A stretch of 64,000 bases of DNA from Dehalococcoidia bacterium (GTDB taxonomy: Bacteria > Chloroflexota > Dehalococcoidia > Lucifugimonadales > Australimonadaceae). The stretch is taken from the NCBI GenBank assembly GCA_034423175.1, contig DAOUJA010000017.1:20638-84637 (forward strand), read 5' to 3'. Shown here piece after piece: positions 26,239 to 35,256 of this stretch. Made by a program: the position numbers and the translations under genes. Positions within the stretch are counted from its first letter, which is position 1; every line of letters starts with the position of its first letter. The notes under the pieces are model-generated. The model had not been told where the DNA came from. It saw only the letters and a program-made list of their open reading frames with translations, and ran no database searches.

Positions 26239-27202
26239 CCACCCACTGGCGCTGCGGCACCATGTTGATTCCCCTCTTTATGCATCTCGTGATTAGCATC
26301 CTCCCGTCAAGCCTGGAATCTTCTGCTGCGTTCATGTAGTGACTGATAACAGAATCTATTGTGCTTTCTGTTTCTGGGTCGTCTATGAGCAATCCCAATC
26401 TGATCATACCTCCCATGCTATGGTGGGTGCCGAAACTCACATAGTCGAACAAGTCGCGATTCATAACGAATTGGTAGATGGCAGGATATTCAAGCGACGT
26501 GAATGGACTCCATTCGTGCATATCGCACCAATCCTTGACAGTTGTTGGAGTTTTATTGGCGCGAGAAGGGTGCGCGCAGAAACCTTCTTCAATGCCCCAG
26601 AGGACCATTCCCATGGTGTTGTCGGGTTGGTAGTGCTGGCAATTTTGACAAGCTGCGCCACCGTGACGGTCAAATGGCGTTCCCGTTTCAGGGAGTAGTG
26701 TAATCAGCCTCCAGTGTTTCATGTTGCTTACAAACACAGCCCTATGAGGCACACCGTCTATGAAGCCTTGCAACACCAATCTTATTTCGCCATTCTTATC
26801 CTCTTCTCGGAGCGGCACCGCGTTAGCAAAATCAAACCTGCTGATCTCTGGCCAATCCGTTCTCTTTCCGTCATCTTTCGATGCGTGGTACCGTCGGTTT
26901 CTCTTACTCCACTCGACAATACCGAACGGCGTGGCGATTGCTTGGCTGTCGCAATGCGGGCATACCTCCAGCTGGCCACCTGTGGACAACCAAGCATGAA
27001 TGCCGTCAGGGGCACGTTCGCACTTGCCGTCGCGTGCCCTTCGTTCCTTCTCCATCAGTGCGTCGCGGTCGTAAACGCTCATCAGGTTTGCGCATCGCTC
27101 ACACCAGCGCGCGCCAAGCGAAAGCCTCTCGGCTACGATGCCGTCTGCATCGCCACAGAGAGCGCCGCCATTAGGGCGAACCTTATGAACAACGACGGAC
27201 AT
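26216..27202 (-). CDS. Cys-rich hypothetical protein (328 aa), no family recognised
   Basis: AAGGGAG SD 7 nt before the ATG. Three CxxC pairs (CERC, CPHC, CQNC). G+C about 50 percent. The 3' end overlaps the hsdS fragment's 3' end by 23 nt. Confidence 0.6.
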   Translation of the reverse strand: MSVVVHKVRPNGGALCGDADGIVAERLSLGARWCERCANLMSVYDRDALMEKERRARDGKCERAPDGIHAWLSTGGQLEVCPHCDSQAIATPFGIVEWSKRNRRYHASKDDGKRTDWPEISRFDFANAVPLREEDKNGEIRLVLQGFIDGVPHRAVFVSNMKHWRLITLLPETGTPFDRHGGAACQNCQHYQPDNTMGMVLWGIEEGFCAHPSRANKTPTTVKDWCDMHEWSPFTSLEYPAIYQFVMNRDLFDYVSFGTHHSMGGMIRLGLLIDDPETESTIDSVISHYMNAAEDSRLDGRMLITRCIKRGINMVPQRQWVAIPHTHS

Positions 27203-27341
27203 CCGCGAACTCCCTTTGGGCTGTAACTGCCCACTGACAACAGTCTACCGCACCGCCTTGTGAACAGAGACCTTGGCGTAGCTCGTCACGGAGCGCGGGC
27301 TGCGAGCGGTGCGTTATCCTGACGCTCCTCTGGAGGGGCGC

Positions 27342-28820
27342 ATGACGACGAACGGCCAGATCGGGCAGAAGGTGTGGAGCTACTGCAACGTCCTGCGGGA
27401 TGCGGGGCTCTCCTACGGCGACTACCTGGAGCAGATCACCTACCTGCTCTTTCTCAAGATGATGGACGAGCGCTCCAAGCCGCCGTACACGCTCATGCCC
27501 GGGCACGTTCCGCCGCCGATACCGGAGCACCACAACTGGCAGAGCTTGGTGGAGTTGGACGGGCCGGACTTGGAAACGCACTACCGCTCTACGCTGGCCG
27601 CGCTGGGGCGGGAGCGGGGGGCGCTGGGCCTCATCTTCCGCAGGGCGCAGAACAAGGTGCAGGACCCCGCGATGCTGCGCCGCCTCGTGGTCGACCTCGT
27701 CGGCACGGAGAACTGGTCGGCGATGGGAAGCGACGTGAAGGGCAGCGTCTACGAGGAGCTGCTGGAGCGGTACGCGCAGGACGTTAAAGCGGGTGCGGGG
27801 CAGTACTTCACGCCCCGCTCGCTCATCGCCGCCATCGTGGACGTGATGCACCCCGAGCCGGACACGACGGTCTGTGACCCCGCAGCCGGCACAGGCGGCT
27901 TTCTCCTCCGCGCCCACGACTACATCGTCGAGCACAATCCTCACCTGAGCAAGGATGAACTCGACGCGCTGAAGAACGACGCGCTCTCCGGCTGGGAGAT
28001 CGTGCAGCAGACGGCACGGCTCTGCGTGATGAACCTCTACCTGCACGGCATCGGCGGGGACGAGCCCACCATCACTGTGGACGACAGTCTTCGCTCCCGC
28101 CACGGCGAGTACGGGATGGTGCTCACCAATCCGCCGTTCGGCAAGAAGTCGTCGCTGTCGTACGGGCTGGACGAGGACGGGGCCGACGACGACCTCCTCG
28201 TGGAGCGGGATGACTTCTGGGCCACAACGAAGAACAAGCAGCTGAACTTCCTGCAGCACGTGCGCTCCATCCTGAAGATCAACGGGCGCGCCGCCATTGT
28301 GGTGCCGGACAACGTGCTGTTCGAGGGCGGCGCGGGCGAGACGATACGCAAGCGCCTGCTGCACGAGTGCGACGTCCATACGCTGCTGCGCCTACCGACC
28401 GGCATCTTCTACGCGCAGGGCGTCAAAGCGAACGTGCTCTTCTTCGACCGCAAACCCGCAAGCGAGACGCCGTGGACGAAGATGCTCTGGATATACGACC
28501 TGCGCACGAACAAGCACTTCACGCTCAAGACGAAACAGATGGGCCGTGCCGACCTCGACGATTTCGTGGCCTGCTTCAATCCCGCCAATCGCTACGAGCG
28601 GCAGGAGACGGAGCGTTTCCATTCTTTCTCCTATGATGACCTCGTCAAGCGCGACAAGGTCAACATGGACATCACCTGGCTCCGCGACGAGAGCGTCGAG
28701 GACGCCGCGTCGCTCCCGGAGCCGGAGGCGCTGGCGGAGGAGATCGTCGAGGACCTGCAGACGGCGCTGGACCAGTTCGCCGCGATCAGCGCGGACCTTG
28801 GCGCGGAGGCCTCTTCATGA
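27342..28820 (+). CDS. hsdM: type I R-M N6-adenine DNA methyltransferase subunit
   Basis: HsdM N-terminal domain (IGQKVWSYCNVLRDAGLSYGDYLEQITYLLFLKMM), motif I DPAAGTGGFL and motif IV NPPFG. Confidence 0.9.
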   Translation: MTTNGQIGQKVWSYCNVLRDAGLSYGDYLEQITYLLFLKMMDERSKPPYTLMPGHVPPPIPEHHNWQSLVELDGPDLETHYRSTLAALGRERGALGLIFRRAQNKVQDPAMLRRLVVDLVGTENWSAMGSDVKGSVYEELLERYAQDVKAGAGQYFTPRSLIAAIVDVMHPEPDTTVCDPAAGTGGFLLRAHDYIVEHNPHLSKDELDALKNDALSGWEIVQQTARLCVMNLYLHGIGGDEPTITVDDSLRSRHGEYGMVLTNPPFGKKSSLSYGLDEDGADDDLLVERDDFWATTKNKQLNFLQHVRSILKINGRAAIVVPDNVLFEGGAGETIRKRLLHECDVHTLLRLPTGIFYAQGVKANVLFFDRKPASETPWTKMLWIYDLRTNKHFTLKTKQMGRADLDDFVACFNPANRYERQETERFHSFSYDDLVKRDKVNMDITWLRDESVEDAASLPEPEALAEEIVEDLQTALDQFAAISADLGAEASS

Positions 28821-28907
28821 GACGCCGTGCGCCGGCACGGGAACCCTCACGCCGCCTGCGATGGCACATGCGATAACAGAGGGGAGTGCCCATCCCTGAC
28901 ACCCCTC

Positions 28908-28969
28908 CCGCGCGTGCTGCCCGCACGCCCTGGATTCCCGCCGGTGCGGGAACGACAGAATGGCGGGGG
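28908..28969. repeat. dispersed hairpin repeat, family 1, copy c
   Basis: ccgcgcgtgctgcccgcacgccctggattcccgccggtgcgggaacgacagaatggcggggg. Confidence 0.65.
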
Positions 28970-29123
28970 AGCCCTGCGGCTCCTGCTCAACATTTCACAG
29001 GGCTCCAACTCTGGTCCGTTTCCTTCGCAGCGACACCTATCACGCCTGCGTGTTCCGTGCTAAACTCAGCCATTGCGCTCTGGCACGAGCGATGCGGAGC
29101 GGGAACGGAGGACCCAGGACGAC

Positions 29124-29723
29124 GTGCGGGTCATCGGGCTGACGGGCGGGATCGGCACCGGCAAGAGCGAGGCCGCGCGCATCCTCGCTGAGTTCGGCGC
29201 AGCGGTGATCGATGCCGACGCCGAGGGGCACCGCGCCTACACCAAAGGGTCCATCGGCTGGAGACGTCTCGTCGAGCTCTTCAGCAGCGGCATCCTGAAC
29301 GACGAACAGGAGGTAGACCGCGCCAAGCTCGGCCAACTCGTGTTCGCCAACCCGCAGGCGCTCGCCTGGCTCAACGCCGCGATACACCCCCTCATCCGCC
29401 AGCAGGTGTCCCAGGCGATCGAGCGGCACCGGCAGGGCGGCGAACACGCCGTCGTCATCGACGCGGCGCTCCTCTACCAGGCGAAGTGGGACGACCTCGC
29501 GGACGAGGTCTGGGCCGTCTCCGCACGGCCAGACGTCGTACTGCAGCGCATGCAGCAACGCGGGCTGAGCCCGGAGGACGTGCGCCGCCGCTCCGACGCG
29601 CAGGGAGGCGGCGATACCGCACTGGGCAGAGCGGACGCTATCATCGAGAACTCGGGCCCGCCGGAGGACCTGCGGGCGCGCGTTCAAGAGTTGTGGGAAG
29701 AGAGAATCCTGTCCGTAAGGTAG
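29124..29723 (+). CDS. coaE: dephospho-CoA kinase
   Basis: GTG start. VIGLTGGIGTGKSEAARILAEFGAAVIDADAEGH. Confidence 0.85.
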   Translation: MRVIGLTGGIGTGKSEAARILAEFGAAVIDADAEGHRAYTKGSIGWRRLVELFSSGILNDEQEVDRAKLGQLVFANPQALAWLNAAIHPLIRQQVSQAIERHRQGGEHAVVIDAALLYQAKWDDLADEVWAVSARPDVVLQRMQQRGLSPEDVRRRSDAQGGGDTALGRADAIIENSGPPEDLRARVQELWEERILSVR

Positions 29724-29731
29724 TGGGACAC

Positions 29732-30598
29732 ATGGCAAACCAGACCCAGCTCTATCAGCAGCACAACATCGAAGAGTATTTCATCGAGAAGGAGCCGTTC
29801 TACTTGGAGGTCGCCGACGAGATCGACATCTTCGAGGCTGCTTACGCGCAGCGGGTGCCGATCCTGCTCAAGGGCCCCACCGGCTCCGGCAAGACCCGCT
29901 TCGTGGAGTACATGTCGTGGCGCCTCAACCAGGCGCGGAAGCGCGACGGGCGCGCCGACCAGATGTCGCCGCTCGTCACGGTCGCCTGCCACGAGGACCT
30001 CACCGCGAGCGACCTCGTCGGACGCTACCTGCTCGAGCCGGAAGGCACGCGCTGGATAGACGGCCCGCTCACCCGCGCGGTCAAGCACGGCGGCATCTGC
30101 TACCTGGACGAGGTCGTGGAGGCGCGGAAGGACACCACGGTGCTCATCCACCCGCTCTCCGACCACCGCCGCCTGCTGCACATCGAGAAGATCGGCGAGG
30201 TGCTGGAGTCGCACCCCAACTTCCTGCTGGTCATCTCCTACAACCCCGGCTACCAGAGCGCACTGAAGGACCTGAAGCACTCGACGCGCCAGCGCTTCAT
30301 CGCCATCGAGTTCGACTTCCCCCCGCGCGACCTCGAAGGGCCGATCATCGAGCACGAGAGCGGCGTCGACCGCCAGACGGCCCAGCAGCTGGCGCTGCTT
30401 GGCGAGAAGATACGCAACCTCATCGGCCAGGGGCTCCAGGAGGGTGTCAGCACGCGCCTGCTCATCTACGCGGGCAAGCTCATAGAGCATGGCATCGCGC
30501 AGCGCAGGGCGTGCGAGGTCGCCATCGTCTGGGGTCTCACCGACGACCACGAGACTCAAGCGAGCGTGATGGAGATAGTGACCTCCATCTTCCCGTAA
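29732..30598 (+). CDS. CbbQ/NirQ/NorQ-type (MoxR-class) AAA+ ATPase
   Basis: Walker A LLKGPTGSGKTRFVE, Walker B ICYLDEVVEARKD and YNPGYQ. Confidence 0.85.
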   Translation: MANQTQLYQQHNIEEYFIEKEPFYLEVADEIDIFEAAYAQRVPILLKGPTGSGKTRFVEYMSWRLNQARKRDGRADQMSPLVTVACHEDLTASDLVGRYLLEPEGTRWIDGPLTRAVKHGGICYLDEVVEARKDTTVLIHPLSDHRRLLHIEKIGEVLESHPNFLLVISYNPGYQSALKDLKHSTRQRFIAIEFDFPPRDLEGPIIEHESGVDRQTAQQLALLGEKIRNLIGQGLQEGVSTRLLIYAGKLIEHGIAQRRACEVAIVWGLTDDHETQASVMEIVTSIFP

Positions 30599-31245
30599 TG
30601 GCGGCCACCTTGCAGAAGACGCCGATACCGGCGGAAGCAGCCTCCCGCATGGAGGAGCTGCGGAACGCTCTCGCCACACGCGAGCCATCCGCGCCGTCCG
30701 ATACGGGCGGAGCACGGCCGGCCGGCGTCCTCATTCCCCTGCACTTCCACGACGGGGCGTGGCACGTGATCCTCAACGTACGTTCGCAGTTCGTGGGGCT
30801 GCACCAGGGCGAGATCGCCTTTCCCGGCGGAAAGTTCGAGCCGGCGGACCCGGACATGCTGGCCTGCGCCCTCCGCGAGGCCCACGAGGAAATGGGCATC
30901 GCCCCGGAGGACGTGGACGTGCTCGGCGCGCTCCACCCGGTCCTGACGCGGACCGACTACCTCGTCTGGCCCACGGTGGGAATCATCCCCTACCCCTACC
31001 GGTTCGAGGTCGACGAGAACGAAGTCGCCGAGATCATCGAGATACCGCTCGACGACCTGCTGACCGGCAGCGCAGAGCGCCACGAGGCGCGGCTGAACCC
31101 GGATGGCGCCCTGCTGCAGCGGAAGGCGTACGCCCACGGCCCGCACCTGGTGTTCGGCGCGACGGCGTGGATACTGGCGCAGCTGCTGGACCTGCTGAAG
31201 GACCTGCGCCCCGGCGACGAGGGGCGGGAGAAGGAGACGGCGTGA
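30598..31245 (+). CDS. Nudix hydrolase (CoA pyrophosphatase-like)
   Basis: TAATG overlap with the AAA+ gene. Nudix-box core FPGGKFEPADPDMLACALREAHEEMGI. Confidence 0.8.
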   Translation: MAATLQKTPIPAEAASRMEELRNALATREPSAPSDTGGARPAGVLIPLHFHDGAWHVILNVRSQFVGLHQGEIAFPGGKFEPADPDMLACALREAHEEMGIAPEDVDVLGALHPVLTRTDYLVWPTVGIIPYPYRFEVDENEVAEIIEIPLDDLLTGSAERHEARLNPDGALLQRKAYAHGPHLVFGATAWILAQLLDLLKDLRPGDEGREKETA

Positions 31246-34200
31246 CGAGCGAGCACGACAGCGTCATCCAGGAGCTCAAGAAGCACCCGTCCGCACTGAT
31301 CGCCGCCTACGAGGCGGTCAGCGACGAAGTGGCGGAAGCGCTCGGCCCCGCCCCCGCCCTGCGGTGGGCGCAGCAGGGCGTCCGCATCGCCGCGCAGGGG
31401 CCGCGCGCCTGGGAAGCCGCGACGGAGTACTTCAAGGCTTCACCCCAGGTCGTGCAGACGATCGGCTTCACCCAGTTCGAGCGGTGGGTGGAGAGCGGTA
31501 TCGAGCTCACGACGGAGGCGCCGGTCATCGCGGCGTCGTTCTTCCGCGCCAGCCCGCGCGTCCTGCCCACACTTGCGCCGCGCCATATCAGCGGATGGGC
31601 ATCGCTCGGACGTGGGCTCTCGAGGGGAACGTGGAAGTCGTCCAGCCTTGCGGCCCGCTTCTTCGACGTGAGCGACGACCTCGTGCAGCAGGTGAACTTC
31701 CACGAACTGCAGTTGTTCGTCTCGCTCGTGCAGACCCTCGCAAGCCGTTCCTACGACCTGGCGGCAGAGGCGCTCGTGCTCGGACAGCGCGTGCTGCCGG
31801 CCGTCAGCGAGCGCGAGGAGCTGATCTCGCTCGCTAAGGTGCTCGCGGAGACGAGCTGGCGCGAGGTACGGGGCTCGTTCGAGGCCGCGACCCGCGTCGG
31901 CAACACCGTTGACCGCCGCCTGCGCCCGCGCTACTTCGCGCTGAGCGAACGGCTCGCCCGGCAGGGGCTCGGCAACGTCTCGGCCTTCATGGTGGAGAGC
32001 GCGCAGTCGCTCGGTCAGCTCCCGCAGGAGTTGCAGACGATGGTGCTGGAGCGCGCCGAGGACCTCGCCGACAGCTCCGCCGAGGCCGTCAGCGCGTTCC
32101 TCCGCACTGCCCCCACCGTGCTTGACCGCATAAGCCCCGCGCAACTGGACACGTGGTTCGGACGCGGGCTGGAGTTCCTGCGCGACAACCCGGACGCGGG
32201 TATCGCCTACTTCCGGCTCGAGTCGGCGCGCGCCGAGACGCTCCTCGACCAGCTCTCTTCCAGCATCGAACTGGAGAAGGTGCACGGGCTCCTGCGCATG
32301 TACTCGAACGCCCTCGCAGGCACGGAGGTCGAACTGCAGGAGGCGAACGACATCACCCACCGCAACATCGGCTGGGTCTCCGTAGAGTTCGCCACGACCG
32401 ACGGCAAGAGCGTCTTCCTCCCGTCCACCGTCGACCTGCGCGACTCAAAGAGTGAGAACTTCGCCTGGCTCAAGGTGGTCACCACGCACCAGGTGGGCCA
32501 CCTGGAGTTCAAGAGTTTCGACTTCGATTTCCACGCTCCCTCGTCCGGCTTCAACGATTACCGGGAGGGCATCGCTGAAGGGCTCGGCACGACGCCCGGC
32601 TCCACCGAGGTGACATCGTTCTTCGACCTGTTCCCGGTGCGCGCCATGGCGGCCGACCTCTTCTCCACCACGGAGAGCGCGCGCATAGACCACCGCGTCA
32701 TGAACCAGTACCGCGGCCTGGCGCCCAGCTACGAGCGCGTCCAGACAGACGCCCTCGAGGCGCGCGGCCCCATCGAGATGATGCCCGCCCAGATGGCGCT
32801 CATGGAGACGCTCGTGCGGCTCAGCCTCGGGCAGACAGACGCCCGCGTCCCGTCCAGCTACGCACGGCAAGCCAGGCAGCTTGCGGGTCTCCTGCGCAGC
32901 GTGCGCAACCACGATGCCACGTCCGAGGACTCCGCCGAGGCGGCGCTCCGCATGTACTACACGCTCTCCCAGGTGCCCAACGAGTTCGTCGCGCTCGACG
33001 ACTGGGAGACCGTAGACATCCGCGACGCCGAGTTCGACGAGCCCACGCTCGAAGAGGTTGTGGCGCGGCTGCGCGCCGAGGCCGAGGAGGCCCAGGAGGA
33101 GACGCCCGGCGACGAATACGAGTCGCCGGACGACGTCGACTACCGCGGCGACTTCAAGCCGGAGATGGTGCAGCTGCTCGCCCAGATGCGCGGACAGGCC
33201 GAGCCCGGTGATGACGACGGCTCCGAGAGCGCCCAGGGTATGTCGCAGGCGGAGCTCGAGCAGGCGCTGCGCGACTCCACCGAGATCGACTTCGCCGACG
33301 ATGCGGAGGTCACGACCGTCGCGGCGAACATGATGAAGGAGATGGGCGCGGACGCGCCGCAGAACCCCGCGGGCTCCGGCTACAACCAGATACCCCACGT
33401 CGACGAGGAAGGAGGGCCGCTCGAAGCGCTCGAACCCCGCTCCTACGCCTACGACGAGTGGGACTTCCGCGCCAACGACTACCGGCCGCGCTGGTGCATC
33501 GTGCAGGAGCGGATCGCCGTTTCCGGCGAGACCGCCTTCTACAACGAGACGATGCACGCCTACGCGGGACTCATCGAGCAGATCAAGCGCCAGTTCGAGT
33601 CCGTGCGCCCGGAGATGTACCGCAAGGTGAAGCGGCTGCCGGAAGGCGAGGACGTGGACCTGGACGCCGGCATCGAGGCCCTCATCGACCTGCGGAACAA
33701 CATGACGCCGGACGAGCGGATCTACTGGCGGCGCAACAAGGACGAGCGCGACGTCGCCGTCGTCTTCCTCCTGGACATGAGCGCGTCGACCGCGGAGGCG
33801 GTCGAGGAGAGTTCACGCGACTCCGACTGGAACGCTCCCGGCGACCCCGTTGCCTACACGGCGTGGCTCCGCGCCCGCCGCGGCGAGACCGCGCGCCGTC
33901 CCTACAAGCGCATCATCGACGTCGAGAAGGAGTCGATGGTGCTGCTGATGAACGCGCTGGAGACCATCGGCGACCGCTACGGCGTCTACGGCTTCTCCGG
34001 CTTCGGGCGTGAGAACGTCGAGTTCTACGTCATCAAGGAGGTCGAGGAGCTGTTCACGGACCGCGTGAAGCGCCGCATGGACAAGGTGGCCCCGCTGCAC
34101 GCGACGCGCATGGGTCCGGCCATACGCCACGCGACCTCGAAACTCGCGGGGGTGGACGCCAAGACGAAGTTCATGTTCGTCATCAGCGACGGCCGCCCGC

Positions 34201-34433
34201 AGGACCGCGGCTACTCGCGCGAGGGCGTCGAGAAGGAGTACGCCGTGCAGGACACGCGCATGGCCCTGATGGAGGCGCGCAACGTGGACATCACGCCCTT
34301 CTGTCTCACCGTCGACCGCAACGGCCACGACTACCTCCGCACCATGACCGGCGACCTCAACTACGAGGTGCTGCCGGACATCATGGAGCTCCCTCGCCGC
34401 CTGCCGCAGCTCTACAAGAAGATCACGCTGTAG
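31242..34433 (+). CDS. large CbbO/NorD-like protein with C-terminal von Willebrand factor A domain (1063 aa)
   Basis: GTGA overlap with the Nudix stop. MIDAS VVFLLDMSASTAE. The long helical N-terminal region is unassigned. Confidence 0.75.
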   Translation: MTSEHDSVIQELKKHPSALIAAYEAVSDEVAEALGPAPALRWAQQGVRIAAQGPRAWEAATEYFKASPQVVQTIGFTQFERWVESGIELTTEAPVIAASFFRASPRVLPTLAPRHISGWASLGRGLSRGTWKSSSLAARFFDVSDDLVQQVNFHELQLFVSLVQTLASRSYDLAAEALVLGQRVLPAVSEREELISLAKVLAETSWREVRGSFEAATRVGNTVDRRLRPRYFALSERLARQGLGNVSAFMVESAQSLGQLPQELQTMVLERAEDLADSSAEAVSAFLRTAPTVLDRISPAQLDTWFGRGLEFLRDNPDAGIAYFRLESARAETLLDQLSSSIELEKVHGLLRMYSNALAGTEVELQEANDITHRNIGWVSVEFATTDGKSVFLPSTVDLRDSKSENFAWLKVVTTHQVGHLEFKSFDFDFHAPSSGFNDYREGIAEGLGTTPGSTEVTSFFDLFPVRAMAADLFSTTESARIDHRVMNQYRGLAPSYERVQTDALEARGPIEMMPAQMALMETLVRLSLGQTDARVPSSYARQARQLAGLLRSVRNHDATSEDSAEAALRMYYTLSQVPNEFVALDDWETVDIRDAEFDEPTLEEVVARLRAEAEEAQEETPGDEYESPDDVDYRGDFKPEMVQLLAQMRGQAEPGDDDGSESAQGMSQAELEQALRDSTEIDFADDAEVTTVAANMMKEMGADAPQNPAGSGYNQIPHVDEEGGPLEALEPRSYAYDEWDFRANDYRPRWCIVQERIAVSGETAFYNETMHAYAGLIEQIKRQFESVRPEMYRKVKRLPEGEDVDLDAGIEALIDLRNNMTPDERIYWRRNKDERDVAVVFLLDMSASTAEAVEESSRDSDWNAPGDPVAYTAWLRARRGETARRPYKRIIDVEKESMVLLMNALETIGDRYGVYGFSGFGRENVEFYVIKEVEELFTDRVKRRMDKVAPLHATRMGPAIRHATSKLAGVDAKTKFMFVISDGRPQDRGYSREGVEKEYAVQDTRMALMEARNVDITPFCLTVDRNGHDYLRTMTGDLNYEVLPDIMELPRRLPQLYKKITL

Positions 34434-34456
34434 TGGGCGAGAGCACAGCGACCGAA

Positions 34457-34500
34457 CGAAGCCCCCGCGCCGGCTGGCCGACGCGGGGGCTTCGTTTGTG
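34457..34500 (+). terminator. rho-independent terminator
   Basis: The 13-bp perfect stem cgaagcccccgcg/cgcgggggcttcg is followed by TTTGTG, 24 nt after the VWA gene stop. Confidence 0.65.
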
Positions 34501-34573
34501 CGACACACGGCCATTGCCCCTGCTTCCGGGAGCGTTCTACACTCGTCTGGACGGTTCTTATTCGGAGGAACAC

Positions 34574-34849
34574 ATGAATATCAGGCTGCCGTTCCCCCGC
34601 AGAAGCGTGGCTGCTCGCGGGCAAGCCATTTACCGGAAGAAGATACGCCCACTCGTCTACCCCGCGATGAAGGGCAGGATCGTCGTCATCGACGTGGACA
34701 GCGGTGACTATGAGATAGACGATGACGACGAGCGCGCTTTCGAAACCCTTATGACCCGGCGGCCCGGCGCACGCACGTGGGCTGAGCGGGTCGGCTACCG
34801 AGCCCTCTACAGCACCGGGGGAGGCGCCATCCCCGATGACGATGAATAA
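34574..34849 (+). CDS. small hypothetical protein (91 aa) partnered with retropepsin-like gene
   Basis: GGAGG SD 6 nt before the ATG. KGRIVVIDVDSGDYEIDDDDERAFETLMTRRPGA. Its 3' end overlaps the next start. Confidence 0.5.
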   Translation: MNIRLPFPRRSVAARGQAIYRKKIRPLVYPAMKGRIVVIDVDSGDYEIDDDDERAFETLMTRRPGARTWAERVGYRALYSTGGGAIPDDDE

Positions 34850-35212
34850 TGGGACGGTGCGCGGCAGGGAGGCTTTCGTCTCTCTGTCCATAGACGATGG
34901 CTCCGGCGGGTCCCAATCCGTTCCATGCGTGCTGGACACGGGCTTTACGGGCTACCTTGCGCTACCAAAGTCGATGATTGGTCAGTTGGGACTGGTCAGT
35001 GAAGGAGTAGGCCGAATCACACTGGCTGATGGAAGCGTGCAGATGCGCGACATCTACCGCACCGCGGTCGTATGGCACGGCGGGCGGCGGACGATTCCCA
35101 TAATGGAATGGGAGACAAACCTCTCATCGGAATGCGCTTGCTCACCGGCAGCCGTGTCACGCTGGACGTGGTCGAAGGCGGTGCCGTCGCCATCGAACCT
35201 CTCGTCGCTTAG
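34836..35212 (+). pseudogene. retropepsin-like (clan AA) aspartic protease with a frameshift at a G-run
   Basis: Active-site CVLDTGFTGYLALP is in frame 0. The conserved C-terminus GDKPLIGMRLLTGSRVTLDVVEGGAVAIEPLVA is readable only after shifting frame at 35109-35112 (tggg). Confidence 0.6.
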
Positions 35213-35256
35213 CATCCCCCGCTCCCGCGTCTGCCATCTGCTAACATCCGCCCGGT

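Noticed and set aside
26339-27226. Plus-strand ORFs of 119 and 170 aa in the low-GC block
   Set aside because: They are antisense to the SD-preceded 328-aa Cys-rich ORF. They have no SD and no recognisable features, so they are probably shadow ORFs.
34433-34573. Upstream extension of the 91-aa small protein ORF
   Set aside because: The extension runs through the rho-independent terminator of the VWA gene. The GGAGG SD precedes the internal ATG at 34574.
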